DNA from: Paraspadella gotoi
Lineage: Eukaryota > Animalia > Chaetognatha
Assembly: GCA_051294375.1 (NCBI GenBank)
Contig: CM119266.1
Location: 15,213,623 to 15,277,500 of the forward strand
DNA: 63,878 nucleotides
Direction of reading: 5' to 3'
Position numbers and translations under genes: made by a program. Under the pieces are notes generated by a model. That model searched no databases, had not been told where the DNA came from, and was given only the letters and a program-made list of their open reading frames with translations. Shown here piece after piece: positions 13,310-27,176 of the stretch. Each line of letters starts with the position of its first letter. Within the stretch, counting starts at the first letter, position 1.

Positions 13310-14727
13310 TTTTTCTCACCTCTGTCCGTGATTCTCATTCCCCAGAATTCCTTGGCTTTTTTATGCATTATGAAACAGACTTCTTCAAAGTTGACTTACT
13401 TTGCCTCCGCAACCCCGTGATTAATGGAATATTTTCGAGGAGTTGCATTTTAACCTCTCTCTCTCTCTATTTCTTTCTCCCTCCCTCTCTCTCTCTCCCA
13501 CTCTCTCTTGCTTTTTCGTTCTCCCTTCTTATTCCTTCCGGTGTTTCTTACTCTGTGAAAACCAGAATTTTTTTCTCCTTTATTATGGTTGTAAAAAGAT
13601 CCAGCCTCCGAGGGGGGNNNNNNNNNNNNNNNNNNNNNNNNNNNNNNNNNNNNNNNNNNNNNNNNNNNNNNNNNNNNNNNNNNNNNNNNNNNNNNNNNNN
13701 NNNNNNNNNNNNNNNNNNNNNNNNNNNNNNNNNNNNNNNNNNNNNNNNNNNNNNNNNNNNNNNNNNNNNNNNNNNNNNNNNNNNNNNNNTTTTTTTAGAA
13801 AAAGAGAGAGCGAGACTTCCCCCGTTTGAATTAGCATAAAATCCTTTGACGTCGCCGAGCTTAATTCAAACTGGATGATGAGTCCTGATTCGGTTTTGGT
13901 GAGGAATGGGTAAAGTTCACGACTTCGCCTGGGCTGAGCCTCGAGAAAAGAGAGAAGAAAAGGGAGGAAAGAATCAAAGGTTTTTTTTTCTTTTTTTTTT
14001 ATCCGCCTAAGGAAGACGCAGAAAATATGCTCGTTTTCTTTCTTTATTCCTAATGCTCTTCTCGTTTTCTTTATTTTATAAACGTAGAAAATTCTCTCTC
14101 TCTCTCTTTCTCTCTCTCACTCTCCCTCTCTCCCTCTCTCTCTCCTCTTTTGGAGTTCTTTTCTCCTCGTTCCATTATTAAAATATCTCTCAGATTTTCT
14201 TCCCGTTTTTCTATGATTTTTTTTTCTTTTTTTAAATTTATTTTAAACGCCGAATACGAAGTCGACTTCATTTTAACTTTTTATTCGAGCAAAAAGAATA
14301 AAGAAGAAAAAAAAACACAGATGATGACTTTGTTTTCTTTTGCAAAAAAAAAAAAGTAAAAAAAATCTTCCCGGATTCAAGGACGAGAATTCAACGCCTT
14401 CCAACGATCGTGTTTCCGTAATCGAATATCGTATCGAGGCCATCGCCAATACATTATTAATTATCGTATAATACTATTTTTTGTATTATTAATATTATTA
14501 TTATTTTAAGCGCTTTTTTTTTGCTCCAAAATATTTTTCGGCGCGGCGCGCGTTTCTGCGCACGCGCGTCCTTCGACCGCGTTGGTTGACAATCATTTTT
14601 CACGTTCACGGACGCATGATTTTTTCGTGATTCGAGCTGAGGGGGGGGATAGAGGGAGTGAGGGTGAGAGTCACGCCCACGTTGGGTTTATACTTAAAAT
14701 ATCAAAATCTTTATTTAGTTTGTTGCA
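13310..14727. repeat. Direct duplication, copy 2 (contains N gap 13618-13789)
   Basis: Colinear with 11629-13290 but shorter. Confidence 0.92.
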
Positions 14728-17700
14728 GTGAGGAATTGGATGAATGTTGAGCGGACCGAGAGGGCTTTGCAAGTTAAAAAAGAAATGAAAAAAAAANNNN
14801 NNNNNNNNNNNNNNNNNNNNNNNNNNNNNNNNNNNNNNNNNNNNNNNNNNNNNNNNNNNNNNNNNNNNNNNNNNNNNNNNNNNNNNNNNNNNNNNNNNNN
14901 NNNNNNNNNNNNNNNNNNNNNNNNNNNNNNNNNNNNNNNNNNNNNNNNNNNNNNNNNNNNNNNNNNNNNNNNNNNNNNNNNNNNNNNNNNNNNNNNNNNN
15001 NNNGAGAGAGAGAGAGAGAGAGAGAGTTAGAGACCTTGCGAAAGAGTGAGAGACAGACATCAAAATAGAATACAAACACGTTTCGCTACTCAACGCCGTT
15101 AGGTGTCCCAACGTGTCTCATTTGATTGCGAGAGAGAAGACCCAGAGGAAAACAGAAGAACAATAGACGACTCAGAGTGAGAGAGAGAGAGAGAGAATGA
15201 GAAAAGGGGGCGGAGTTGGTTTGGGTGGGGAGAGATTTGGGTGGTGAGGAATGGAGGACGAAGAATGAGACAGGAAAGAAAGTCGAATTGGTGGTTGACA
15301 ACGATTCCATTCAGTTCTTTTGTTTCACATCGATTTTGTTCTGAACGAAAACGCGATTAGACAATCTTGATAAACGACAAGTGATTGCCAATTGCCAATT
15401 GCCAATTCCGACGCTCGGTTATCAATGAGAAACCAGCCTGAATGATTTTCACTCCCCTTATTAAATTAGCTGGTTTGATAAGTATCGAATTTTTTATCTT
15501 GGTCTGGCTTTTTAAAAAAGCAAAAGNNNNNNNNNNNNNNNNNNNNNNNNNNNNNNNNNNNNNNNNNNNNNNNNNNNNNNNNNNNNNNNNNNNNNNNNNN
15601 NNNNNNNNNNNNNNNNNNNNNNNNNNNNNNNNNNNNNNNNNNNNNNNNNNNNNNNNNNNNNNNNNNNNNNNNNNNNNNNNNNNNNNNNNNNNNNNNNNNN
15701 NNNNNGTGATGAAAAAGATCTCCTCTTTGGCACCCAAACCTCTCCACGAAAACTATTAAAGGGACTTAAGGGGTGTCTAAGGGGGGGTGTGACATTAGCC
15801 GCGTTAATACGTGAAGGTCCAGACTAAACAGAGCGCGCTTTGCTCAGGTCCGTNNNNNNNNNNNNNNNNNNNNNNNNNNNNNNNNNNNNNNNNNNNNNNN
15901 NNNNNNNNNNNNNNNNNNNNNNNNNNNNNNNNNNNNNNNNNNNNNNNNNNNNNNNNNNNNNNNNNNNNNNNNNNNNNNNNNNNNNNNNNNNNNNNNNNNN
16001 NNNNNNNNNNNNNNNNNNNNNNNNNNNNNNNNNAACGACGACGACGACGACGACGACGACGCCGAACCGGAAACCGGCGTCATCGACGGCCGAATCTGAA
16101 AACGAAGAGATTGTTGATTTGCTAATGTAGCCCTTGATTGCCGAATCCATTTCGCCGAGGGGAGCCGGAAAAAAAAAATATCCGGCAACCGGCGATGGCC
16201 GACATTGGCCGATGATGGCCGACAATTCTCGACGCGTCGATGACGATGCCGCGAGACACAAAAGTGAGAGAGATTTGTNNNNNNNNNNNNNNNNNNNNNN
16301 NNNNNNNNNNNNNNNNNNGTCATAACCCTGTTTTTACTCGGTGATTTTCATCAATCGCTTTACAAGGATCAACCTAAAAATTCAATGCGGCACTTATAAT
16401 TTCTCAATCGTTAAAGCCATAGTATTTTTTCTTGTTTCACATCCCTAAACCACTATTTTAACACTACCCCCACCTTCGTCTTCTCCATCAAAATCTCCGT
16501 CGTTTCTCTTCCTCCTCGATGGGATCCAAAAAATCTCGCCCGTCGTCTCCCCTCACCCTTCACCTTAACTCACCCAAGAAAAACAGACTCTCGTCCTTGA
16601 AAAGGCGCGTCCCACCCCNNNNNNNNNNNNNNNNNNNNNNNNNNNNNNNNNNNNNNNNNNNNNNNNNNNNNNNNNNNNNNNNNNNNNNNNNNNNNNNNNN
16701 AAAATAAAAGAAAGTCGGGCTCGGGTTGTTAGCGACTTACGCTGGCAAAGGGTCAATACCATTACCGGGTTGGCGCTCTAATGAGCCTCTTTCCTTTTAT
16801 CTCCCTTGTTATCGTGGTCTTCTTTCCAACTCCCCGTCCCCCTTTCGCCACCACCCTCCCTCCTCCCTCCCCACCACCCAACTTGTCTTTCTTCCTTCTT
16901 CCTCCTTTCCGAGTCACCTTCCTTTTTTTGGCCGACTTATCGGGTCTTCCATTCTTTTCCTTTCTGCTTTTCCGCTTTAGTATTGATTCGGTTTTTTCGC
17001 TTGATTTTTATTTATTATTAGTATTTAGTTTTTTGGCTCCTTTTGTCATTATTCCGTTCTATTGATATTTTTTTTCCCATTATTTCTAATATTTTCAACA
17101 AAAGTTATTTTTCTTTTTCCAATTGCTTTTTTTTTCTCCTCTCTCTCATTTCAAGCTCTACCACTTATTTAACTTACATTTGCCCTCCCCGACTTTTCTT
17201 TCTCTCTCCCCCTGCGCTCCCAGCTGCTTGATTGTCTTTATTTGGTTGATTCCGTTTTTACCCAAATTGTTTGGGGGCGCTACAGTCTTTCATTTGATTA
17301 CGCGCCTTTTGCTCGGCTTGATTGACCGTCGTAATTCTTTTACCCATCTTTCCAATTTTGTACTGAAGTTTAAGTAAACAGATTCGAAGAGAAAAAAAAT
17401 CTATGTACTTTGTCTTTTTTTTTTCTATTCTTGTCCTCAATTACCCTAATTATTTCCTTTTCTCATTGTTCCCCTTTAATGTCCTCTACGTCCTTCGCCG
17501 ATTCCCTTTCTTCGCGAGAAATGAGACGGAAAAGATAACATCACCACGAAAAAAAAAGAAGAAGAAAAAGATGAGCAGTAATTCGTTAGCATAAAATCGT
17601 TAAGGAGAATATTGTCATTGAGATTTATCGCCTCGTTTCGGGAAGAAAGAGAAGAGTCTAGGCTGTTCAAAATCTCTCTCTCTCTCTCTCTCTCTCTNNN

Positions 17701-19227
17701 NNNNNNNNNNNNNNNNNNNNNNNNNNNNNNNNNNNNNNNNNNNNNNNNNNNNNNNNNNNNNNNNNNNNNNNNNNNNNNNNNNNNNNNNNNNNNNNNNNNN
17801 NNNNNNNNNNNNNNNNNNNNNNNNNNNNNNNNNNNNNNNNNNNNNNNNNNNNNNNNNNNNNNNNNNNNNNNNNNNNNNNNNNNNNNNNNNNNNNNNNNNN
17901 NNNNNNNNNNNNNNNNNNNNNNNNNNNNNNNNNNNNNNNNNNNNNNNNNNNNNNNNNNNNNNNNNNNNNNNNNNNNNNNNNNNNNNCCCCCCCCTTCTCC
18001 CTTTCTCTCTCTCTCTCTTCTTTCTCTTCTTCCGGCGGGCGAGCCAACGAAAAAGGGCGGCCGCGCGAAAAAACACTCATGCATAAGATTACTACCACTA
18101 TTGCTGACTGTCCTTGCGAATCGAGATTGCGCCGCCTTTCAACGGATCGGCGCCCATAGCGCGCCTCCAGTCGCCGCCGACCGGCGCCACCGGCGCGCGC
18201 CTAATGACGCCAGTAATTCCGCGCCCTTTTCCTTCTTCTCTCGGTCNNNNNNNNNNNNNNNNNNNNNNNNNNNNNNNNNNNNNNNNNNNNNNNNNNNNNN
18301 NNNNNNNNNNNNNNNNNNNNNNNNNNNNNNNNNNNNNNNNNNNNNNNNNNNNNNNNNNNNNNNNNNNNNNNNNNNNNNNNNNNNNNNNNNNNNNNNNNNN
18401 NNNNNNNNNNNNNNNNNNNNNNNNNNNNNNNNNNNNNNNNNNNNNNNNNNNNNNNNNNTTTTTTTTGTTCGCTCATACAGTACACGTCTGTATCTCTTTC
18501 TTTTTTTCCCATCTCTCTCTCCCTCTCTCTCTCGCAACGTCTCAGTCTCATGAATCTTGATTGGGCCTCGAGAAAGAAAAGGTTTTGTCCGAAGCAGTCA
18601 AGACGAAGACGCACTTTTTTTTGCGTTGCTGCCGGAGAGAGAGAGAGAGGAGGGGGGGCGGAGAGAGGGGGCGTGGCTGAGGGGGTCTACGCAAGAAGGC
18701 GAAAGACGTTGTGAGTGACGTTTCAATCTGGGATCATCTTTCTTCCTTTTCCCGTCTCAGACTCCACGTCATTTACGTCATTTCTGTCGTCGTCATTTTC
18801 CTCGTCCGTCGTCGTCGTCGTCGTCGTCGTTGCTGTCAACGTTGTAGTACTCGTCGTCGTCGTCGTTCGATTTTTATGTCGTTTTATCGCTTTGTTAATA
18901 ATTTTCCTTCAAAGATACAAACGGACGATTCTGATGACGACGACGACGACAATGCAGACGTCGACAATGCTGCTGAGATCGACGCATTCGTTAAGAGAAA
19001 TAAACAACCAGATATAAAAAAATGTTATTTTATTTTATTTGTCGTTAGTGACGTTTTTTTTATTTTAAATACTTCTGCGACTTTAAAGAAAATAAAATTC
19101 TCTTTCTCTTTCTTTCTGTTCCTTTCTTACTCTATTTTTCTTTTCACCTTTTTTTAATTTTCCGAGTTTCTTGTTTATTTTCGAGATTGAGATGTTTGCC
19201 TCGCGAGAGGAAACGATAGTGAGAAAA

Positions 19228-19238
19228 TGCGCATGCGC
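19228..19238. promoter_or_regulatory. NRF1-type motif TGCGCATGCGC
   Basis: Exact match to the NRF1 palindromic consensus; CCTCGCGAGA (near TCTCGCGAGA) lies ~25 bp upstream. Confidence 0.35.
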
Positions 19239-19857
19239 CTTTGCATTCACAATGCGGGGGGGGGGNNNNNNNNNNNNNNNNNNNNNNNNNNNNNNNNNNN
19301 NNNNNNNNNNNNNNNNNNNNNNNNNNNNNNNNNNNNNNNNNNNNNNNNNNNNNNNNNNNNNNNNNNNNNNNNNNNNNNNNNNNNNNNNNNNNNNNNNNNN
19401 NNNNNNNNNNNNNNNNNNNNNNNNNNNNNNNNNNNNNNNNNNNNNNNNNNNNNNNNNNNNNNNNNNNNNNNNNNNNNNNNNNNNNNNNNNNNNNNNNNNN
19501 NNNNNNNNNNNNNNNNNNNNNNNNNNNNNNNNNNNNNNNNNNNNNNNNNNNNNNNNNNNNNNNNNNNNNNNNNNNNNNNNNNNNNNNNNNNNNNNNNNNN
19601 NNNNNNNNNNNNNNNNNNTAGCGACGTTGAGATTTGTAAACTTTTCAAACGATTTGCAACCAAAGCGTAAATACACACACTCACACACACACATTCATTG
19701 ACAAATATTTATCTCTAGTATCTATTTAAAAAATAAACGATCGAAATTGTCTTAATCGATTAGAAAATTAAAACTTTAACCCTCTTTTAAAAGCAAAGAA
19801 CAAACAAATATAACTTAACCATCAACCCTCACCCACCCCCTACTCTTCCTCTTCCAG

Positions 19858-20028
19858 GATTGACTTCCGGCTCTGGAGGCGCCAACGACGCCGGCGACGA
19901 CGCTCACGACGACGAGGGCGGCCACGCTTCCGGTTTGGGCGCCAACAACAGAAATCAATGGGAGGAGGAAGAGCGGGGCAAGGAAGAGGAGGACGACGAG
20001 TCGGACAAGAAGAACGAGTTCGGAAAAG
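19858..20028 (+). CDS. Candidate internal exon (171 nt, symmetric phase 1) encoding a Gly/Asp/Glu-rich peptide LTSGSGGANDAGDDAHDDEGGHASGLGANNRNQWEEEERGKEEEDDESDKKNEFGK
   Basis: Branch-like cttaac plus tactcttcctcttccag| acceptor and AAAG|gtgagt donor. Length is a multiple of 3 with an open frame. It is a GC-rich island in AT-rich flanks. Confidence 0.6.
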
Positions 20029-20495
20029 GTGAGTTCGATCCTCGATTTTGGAACAATTGTTTGTTGTTTTATAAAGAAGCGCGCGAAACGAAATTTATAA
20101 TATATTTGCTATAAAAAATGATAGCAAATAATAGTGAGCAAAGAATTAATCTTTGAACGAAAAAACCTTTTTTTCTTTTTTTTTCCCCATTTCCTGAGAA
20201 ACCTTATCGTCATTGTCGTCGGCGTTTGCGATCGTCCCTTCTCTGTCGATATCATTGAAAATTCATTGCTCTCCTTTTTTCCTCTTCTTCCTCCTCTTCT
20301 TCTTCCTCCTCCTCCTCCTCATCTTCTTCCTCGATATTGCCTGCACCTTCCTTCGCTCGAATGACTTCATCTTCGATGAAATTATTTCCTGCGCGCGGTG
20401 TATTTCCTAACCCTGGGTTTATTTTAGACTATCTTACCCTTCTACTCTTTCTGTCTGTCTGTCTTTCTCTNNNNNNNNNNNNNNNNNNNNNNNNN

Positions 20496-20604
<109 letters not shown>

Positions 20605-21334
20605 CTCCCCATCTGTTCTATCCTTCCAATCCTCTTTATTTTCTCTTTCTTATCCCTAAAAGAAAAAGTGAAAACCGAAGAGGAAGCGACGGCAAAAGTG
20701 GAAAATGTAAGAATTTTTAAAAATGGGTTTATCTGATTTCGAAATTCCGAACCAACGACGACAACGACGACGACGAGGGGGGCGGCGGGCGTGGCAGAGG
20801 CTGAGACAAATCCTTTAGGATTTTTAATTGAGTCCCACCTGCGTTTTCCAAGCAACAACGGACACTCCAGCTGCGACGGCAGCTTTCTTCTGCCGACTCC
20901 ACTCCCCCGCGTCTCCATTCGCCAACAACCTTCTTGAGTTTTCGATACCCAACCTTGTTTTTTTTTTATTTCCAGTGTGTGTTTTTCCTTGTTTTTGTTG
21001 TTTTCTAAAAGCGTTTTCTCACGCTTTTGTTTTTCTAGTGAGATGGCTCCGAGTTCACTGTGAATCACCGTGGTCACCCTCAACGCAAGACGCCACACCG
21101 CGGCGCCGTAATCGGGTTGTAATCTTTTTTTATCAATGTTTTTTTCGTTCTTTTGTCTTCTTCGTTCTTTGTCGTCGTCGTCGTCGACCGAAAAAAAACA
21201 AGAATTCGACTTTCGTCGCTTCCTTCCCTTTTGTGGACGCCGCACGGGAAAAACCGGCGTCGCGAGCGGCGTTAAATAAACGGTGGCGACGTCAGTTCGA
21301 CGCCGCGGCGCTCGTCGTTATTTAGGGTATCTCT

Positions 21335-21365
<31 letters not shown>

Positions 21366-21941
21366 TTCTCTCTCTTCTCTCTCTCCTCTCTCTCTCTCTC
21401 TCTCTTCTCTCTTCCATCTTAATTCCTGCATCGATTTTTTCTCTCTAACTCCCCCTTTAACCTCGTGTTGTACGATGCTTTCTTCAGCTCACCGACCAAT
21501 CGCTCAAAATTCACCCAACATACTTCAAGCTCGACGTGTTGACTTCTGGAATATAACTGATTTAACCTTTTTCTATGATATTTGTTTTTTCATTTTAGTA
21601 CTAATTTATCATCTTCTTCTTATTCTACAAAAACCCTTCAGAGACTTCTCTCACGACCAGAAACAAACCCTCCTCCTTCTCTTTCATTCCCCTAAGGCTT
21701 CTTTTCCTTTTTCTTTTCTCTTCGAATTAAATGCGTAAAAAAAAAGGGGGAAAGAAGGGAAAAAAAAGGAAAATACTTTACCACACTTTTTTTGTTCACG
21801 AGCGAGAAAAAAAAAGGGTGGAATTTTCCGATTCTATTTTGTTGATAGTCAATTTTTTGGTTTCTTCCTCCTGACTTTCTCAAAAGTTCTTTTCAAAACT
21901 CTTTCTTTCTCTTTCTTTCTTTCTTTTCTTCTTTCTCTTCT

Positions 21942-21993
<52 letters not shown>

Positions 21994-24076
21994 TCTTCTC
22001 TCCCTCTTCTCTCTCTCTCTCCTCTCCAATTTCGTCGAATGAAAATTCTTTCTTCTGCGAAGTTGATTTCACTTTCATGCCTTCGTTCATCGAGACCGCC
22101 GCGTCACGAAGTGGCGTTATTAGTCATTAGAATTGGCGCAAGTCACGCCGCGCTCCACGGAATGAAGCGGCGCCCCGCTCCCGGCCACCGTCGGCGCTTT
22201 TCCCGTCACGCGTCACGGGTCCGGGGGAAGTTTGATTTTTTTTTTACGCGAAATGAAAGTATAAATATAATTTGTTTTTTTTCACGACGACGACGACGAG
22301 ATCGACACAAAATAAACCACCTTTTCAACCATTCTTCGGACCACCTCCCTACAACCAGACACCTCTAATTCCACCGCTCCATTCCTGGAAATGGTTTTAA
22401 TTTCCAAGAAAATCCCTTCCCCCATCTCAACGGAGCGACGCTGATGATAAAAGCGCCGGCGACCCGATAAAGGCATTCCCCCCTCCCTCTCCCATCGAAG
22501 CGATCTCGAGTGACCTTTTCGCCTCTTCCCCGTCGGGGGCCGTCCTGTTTTTTTTCTTTTCCCCTTAGCGTGCTCTGCCGGCGACGTTGCGGGCCGGTGG
22601 GCACGTCCCCGGCCCCGTAAGGTGGCGTGGGCGGCGTCCGACACCTCTGAATGTCATCTGACGGGAGAATTTCCTTTTTTTTTTTCGATCTCTTTTGCCT
22701 TCGGGGTTTTGTTCGGAAGATTTCAAAAAAAAAGAGATTTTTCATTTTGCCGTTAGTTTTATGGATTTGGAGGATGTTTGATAAGGCGCTTCTTTCCTCT
22801 CTCCTTCCGCCCCCTCTCACCCCCCCTTTCACGAAACGAGTTTGTTTGGTTTCAATGACTTTTCACCGCGCCGCAAACTTTTCTCGTCGCCCCCACCGCG
22901 TTTCGCGGTCAACCGGAACTTGAGGCAGCGCACGCGAAGATGCCACGCGCGCCGGCTCCGTCGGGGCGTCTTTTGGGGTCGGTTTTAGGGAGAAGGGGGA
23001 GAGAAGCGGAGCTGGGGAAACGGTGGTAGGGGTGGTTTAAAGGATTCATTATTTGGGAGCCGCGGTCCCACAGTTATGAAAAATTTTATTAATGTAATTT
23101 AACATTTTCAAATTTTACGCCCGCCTTTTTAAATGTTGCGTGGGTTTTTGTCTTGACTCATCTTTATTTTTTTCGGACTGGGTAGTTTTTTTATTTTTTT
23201 TTTTTTAAGAGTTGATGAAATAAAGTTGGAGAAGATTTTTGTCCGCCTTCGGAGACTCAACAGACTATTTCAATATAAAAGAAGGAAAGAAATAAATGTG
23301 GAGAATGAAAGTATAGAGTTTAGAATAGGGAAGGCTGAGAGAGGGAATTCGAAGAGGAGGATGAGGAGAGAAAGAGTAGGAGAGGAAAAAAAAGAGAAAG
23401 AAATGCAGTAATCAGTAATACAGTAATTACAGCGATCAAGTAGAACCCGGATTGTTATCTGAAAGCTTTCGTGAATCCCATCCCTTAATAAAAATTGCCG
23501 AATGAAGCCGTCAGATAAGAATTATAGAAAGAAAGAAAAGTGAAAAAAAAATAAGAAAAGGAAGAGGAAAGAAAGAAAAGAGCGAAAGGAAAAAAGAACG
23601 TCATGAAATATTGATTTGCTTTTTACAAAACACGACGATGGAACGTTTAAAAGCTCAATTGAAAGGAAAATAGGATCGGGGATGACGACAGATGCGGAAG
23701 AAGAAGGAAGTGGATGACAACGACGACGAACGGGACGACGAGACGATGAGGGCGACTACTACTACATTCGTGGTTGTCCTCTCTTTGGAGAAAAGAGCCC
23801 TCGGTTCAAAGCGTATTTGGTTAACTTTTACAGGATTTTATTTTTTAAGATTAGAAATGTTGGGACAAATGAACACCGATCCCTCTCTTTTGATTGATTC
23901 CCATCGCGCCGAATTCTTCGTCTTCTTAGTATAAATTTCCGCCGGCAAGGGTTATTGGCGGACGACCGTCGGTCCTCGCTCGCGCTGTCTCTCATTTCCG
24001 GTGACGCTGACGTCTCGTTCGCGAATCGACGCCACCCACTTAACCCGACCCACCCTGACCACCTACCCACCCTCAC

Positions 24077-24694
24077 CTTCGTAGCGGACCGGAAAAAAGG
24101 CGTTCGTCTCCGCGGCCGACGTTCTCTCGCGTACTCTAGGCGACCCCCGGATGACTGGGCTAGCATTTAGAGAGCAGCGAGGTGGGCGGGGCGACGCCAG
24201 ATAAGGCGCGCCAATTTTGGAGCGAATAACAAACCGATTCTGGCGGAAAAGACGGGAAAGATGGAGGACGCTGAGAGAGGAGAAAGTGCGCGGATTGGCG
24301 AGAGAGGGGTGTGTAATGGATGTAGACCGTTTCTTACCGGCGTTGGAAGATAAAACTTTGAGTAGCTTCGGAGTGTTAGACGGGAGTATTAAAGGCGTTT
24401 GTCGCTGGAGTGTTCAGTAGGTGTAAAAGTTGTGTGCTGATAATAATTTCGATCTCTCGCGCTTCGTTCCACCTTCCCGTTTTGTAAGCGACTGGACGCG
24501 GTTGGCGCGGAAGGCGTTTCGGGAAGCGGACGACGGAATTGGCCGCGATTCCCGTGTCTTTGTTCTAAGCGTTTCTCGACTTAAACCCCCGTTCGCCAAC
24601 CACTTTCCCCCTTATTTCCCCACTGCCCCCCTTCTTTCAGTTTCCACTTTGCCCCCCCGTCGCTCGAAGGGCGTGGAAATCCCAAAGCGACATC
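24077..24694 (-). CDS. Candidate ~600 nt exon, copy 1 (frameshifted by indels), product unknown
   Basis: Minus-strand acceptor gtgttttccag| and donor GAAG|gtgagg bracket a non-repetitive island homologous to 31326-31928. Confidence 0.35.
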
Positions 24695-24779
24695 CTGGAA
24701 AACACATTCGCGCATTCCCTCCATTACTTTGTGTACTACTTTATCGCGCGCCGATGGAGGAAGGAGAAGGAAGGGGAAA

Positions 24780-24818
<39 letters not shown>

Positions 24819-26131
24819 ATGGGAGAGGAAGAGAGAGATGAGCAGAGAGAGAAAGTGAAGAGAGAGAGAGAGAGAATTTTCCGAAATTCGCCGCCTAAAT
24901 CTTGTCATCAGTGACGGTCCATTTAGCGCCATTACCGTTCGGGCGGCGAGAGAAACTGGTTGCTAGACTTTGCACGCTGCGTTGTTACCGACTTTTTACG
25001 CGCTAGTGTGTGCGGCGATCACCGTAGCGCGAGGTTATTTTCGTTTACCGTGCGCGTCGTTGAAGCTGATAAACTGGAGGGCTAGTATATGAAGCTTATT
25101 AATATTAACTTGGTCCGGACGCATATCTTGGAATCTTTTATAGTAAATATTTACATAGCCGTAATTGTTATTTTTACTTTTCTCTAGTTTAACGAGTTTC
25201 TTTCTACGTCAGATGTGGTTCTCAAAAAGGCGTCGACTTGATGTCGTTTTTGATTGGGTTCACCTTTTTGATCATTCGCCGTGTTGCAAGACGACGACGG
25301 ACGACGAAAAACGACGACGAACCATCGGACGACGCCGAGACGACGATGTGATGATGATTTACTTTCGATTTCAAAATATTTTTTGGTGGCTTTAAGTTTT
25401 GCCCTCAGATGAATGAAAGATATCCGCGTTGCTGCAACGCCAGGAGATGCAGAGTGAGGATGAGAAGGTTGAGGATAGGGCAGGAAGGGTGAGGAAGAGG
25501 CGATCGAGTTTGGCTTGTAAGGATTTTGAAAAACCCCGTTCGTTCGCCCTCGTCGTCCTTCATTCGCTTTCTTAATGGTGCTGAAGCAGTTAAAAACTCC
25601 GGTTCAACTTATCCTCTTTTTTACGCCGTCACAACTAAACGCAGCGCGGGTCAAAATTCCTCAAAGAGCCTCCGCCGACGGCCTGGGACAACGGATAACA
25701 ACAAACAACAACAACAACAACAAGTGTTACGACCCTTCGAAAACGAGAGAAAAAGAAGAAATAAAGTATCGTATTAACCAAGAAAGAAAAAAAAAAAAGG
25801 AAAGAAAATATCGTTGGGCCTCGTCCATTCTACTAAAGGCTCTCGTCTCTTTCTCCCCATTCGGTCGCTCGATGTTTCTCGTTAAAAAAAATCCCCGTTT
25901 TTTTTTTCCTTGCGTTATTTTTTTTTTTCTTGCGTATTTAGCCCCAAACCGCGGGACAAAGACGAGTTTTCTTCTAATCGGCGCGCGAAAGGGAGATTTT
26001 TAAACCGTCCGCCGCGACAACAACAACGACTGAAATAACGACAATTTAACAACTTTGCCCATTCATTCGACGGGCCTGGGAAGAGAGGGGGGCCACCCCC
26101 CCTTGAAATCGGGGCGGGGCTTTCGGAGGAG

Positions 26132-26181
<50 letters not shown>

Positions 26182-26184
26182 GAG

Positions 26185-26217
<33 letters not shown>

Positions 26218-26549
26218 GAGAAAAAAAAAACGGGTTGAATTTTAAATGTCCACTTTGGCCAATTCAAAAATTTTTTTTTTTCTTTCTCCGGTTTTCTTTA
26301 AAACTGCGGGCAATGGAAGCGCGACCATTATACGAAAGCATATTTTCTTTTATTATTCCTTTTTCTCCTTTTTTCTCCCATTTTTTTCGGACCATAAATC
26401 GGGACGTTTTGGGTTTTTTTTTTTAATACTCGGAGAATAAAAGGGAGGAAAGTGCCGATTTTGTAAGAAAGGGAACAACAAACAAGACGACGACGGACGA
26501 TAACAACGACAAGGAGAAACGGTGAACCGACGTGGTTTTGAATAAAGAG

Positions 26550-26582
<33 letters not shown>

Positions 26583-26939
26583 CGGAGAGAGAGAGACGAG
26601 GAGATGAGAAGAGAGGAGAGAGAGAGAGAGAGAGAGAGAGAAATTGAAATTGCAAGCCTGGATGATAGCTTAATTATTCTACGAATTACATTTAAGTATT
26701 TGAAATATTAACTTTACCTTTCATTAACGAGACGAAGAAACAATACAAAGCATGAAACGCTATTCTTTATATTTTCTACAAACGCCAGATTCTGTCCAAT
26801 CCATCGGCGCCGGTCATTGCATTGCTCATAAAATTCAGCGAAGCGAAACTTTTTTAGAACGCTATTCACACCGGGCTTCGCGCTTCATCCTTTGCATTCT
26901 ACGCACGCTTTATTGGCTGATTTCTATTCCCCAACTTAC

Positions 26940-27176
26940 TCCATTAAACTTCCCTCCACGCACTCTCCCCTCCTTCGCCCTCGTGTGGCCGCGCTTGGTT
27001 TACCAATGTTTATTTCTCTTCGCCGAAATTTTTTTCATGAATTTCTCTGTCCTTCTCGCCTCAATTCTCGTACCTCACCCTCGCCGCGTCCGCCTTAACC
27101 CAACCCTACCCCGACTCTCTTTTCCTTTTCTTCGTTCGAACGTCCGGCGCGTCAACAACTAAAAGTCCATCGGTCA
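26940..27176 (-). CDS. Candidate exon, copy 1; frame unresolved
   Basis: Minus-strand acceptor tttttggtgttctctag| and donor GGA|gtaagt. Both signals are present in the second copy (34096-34328). Confidence 0.25.
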
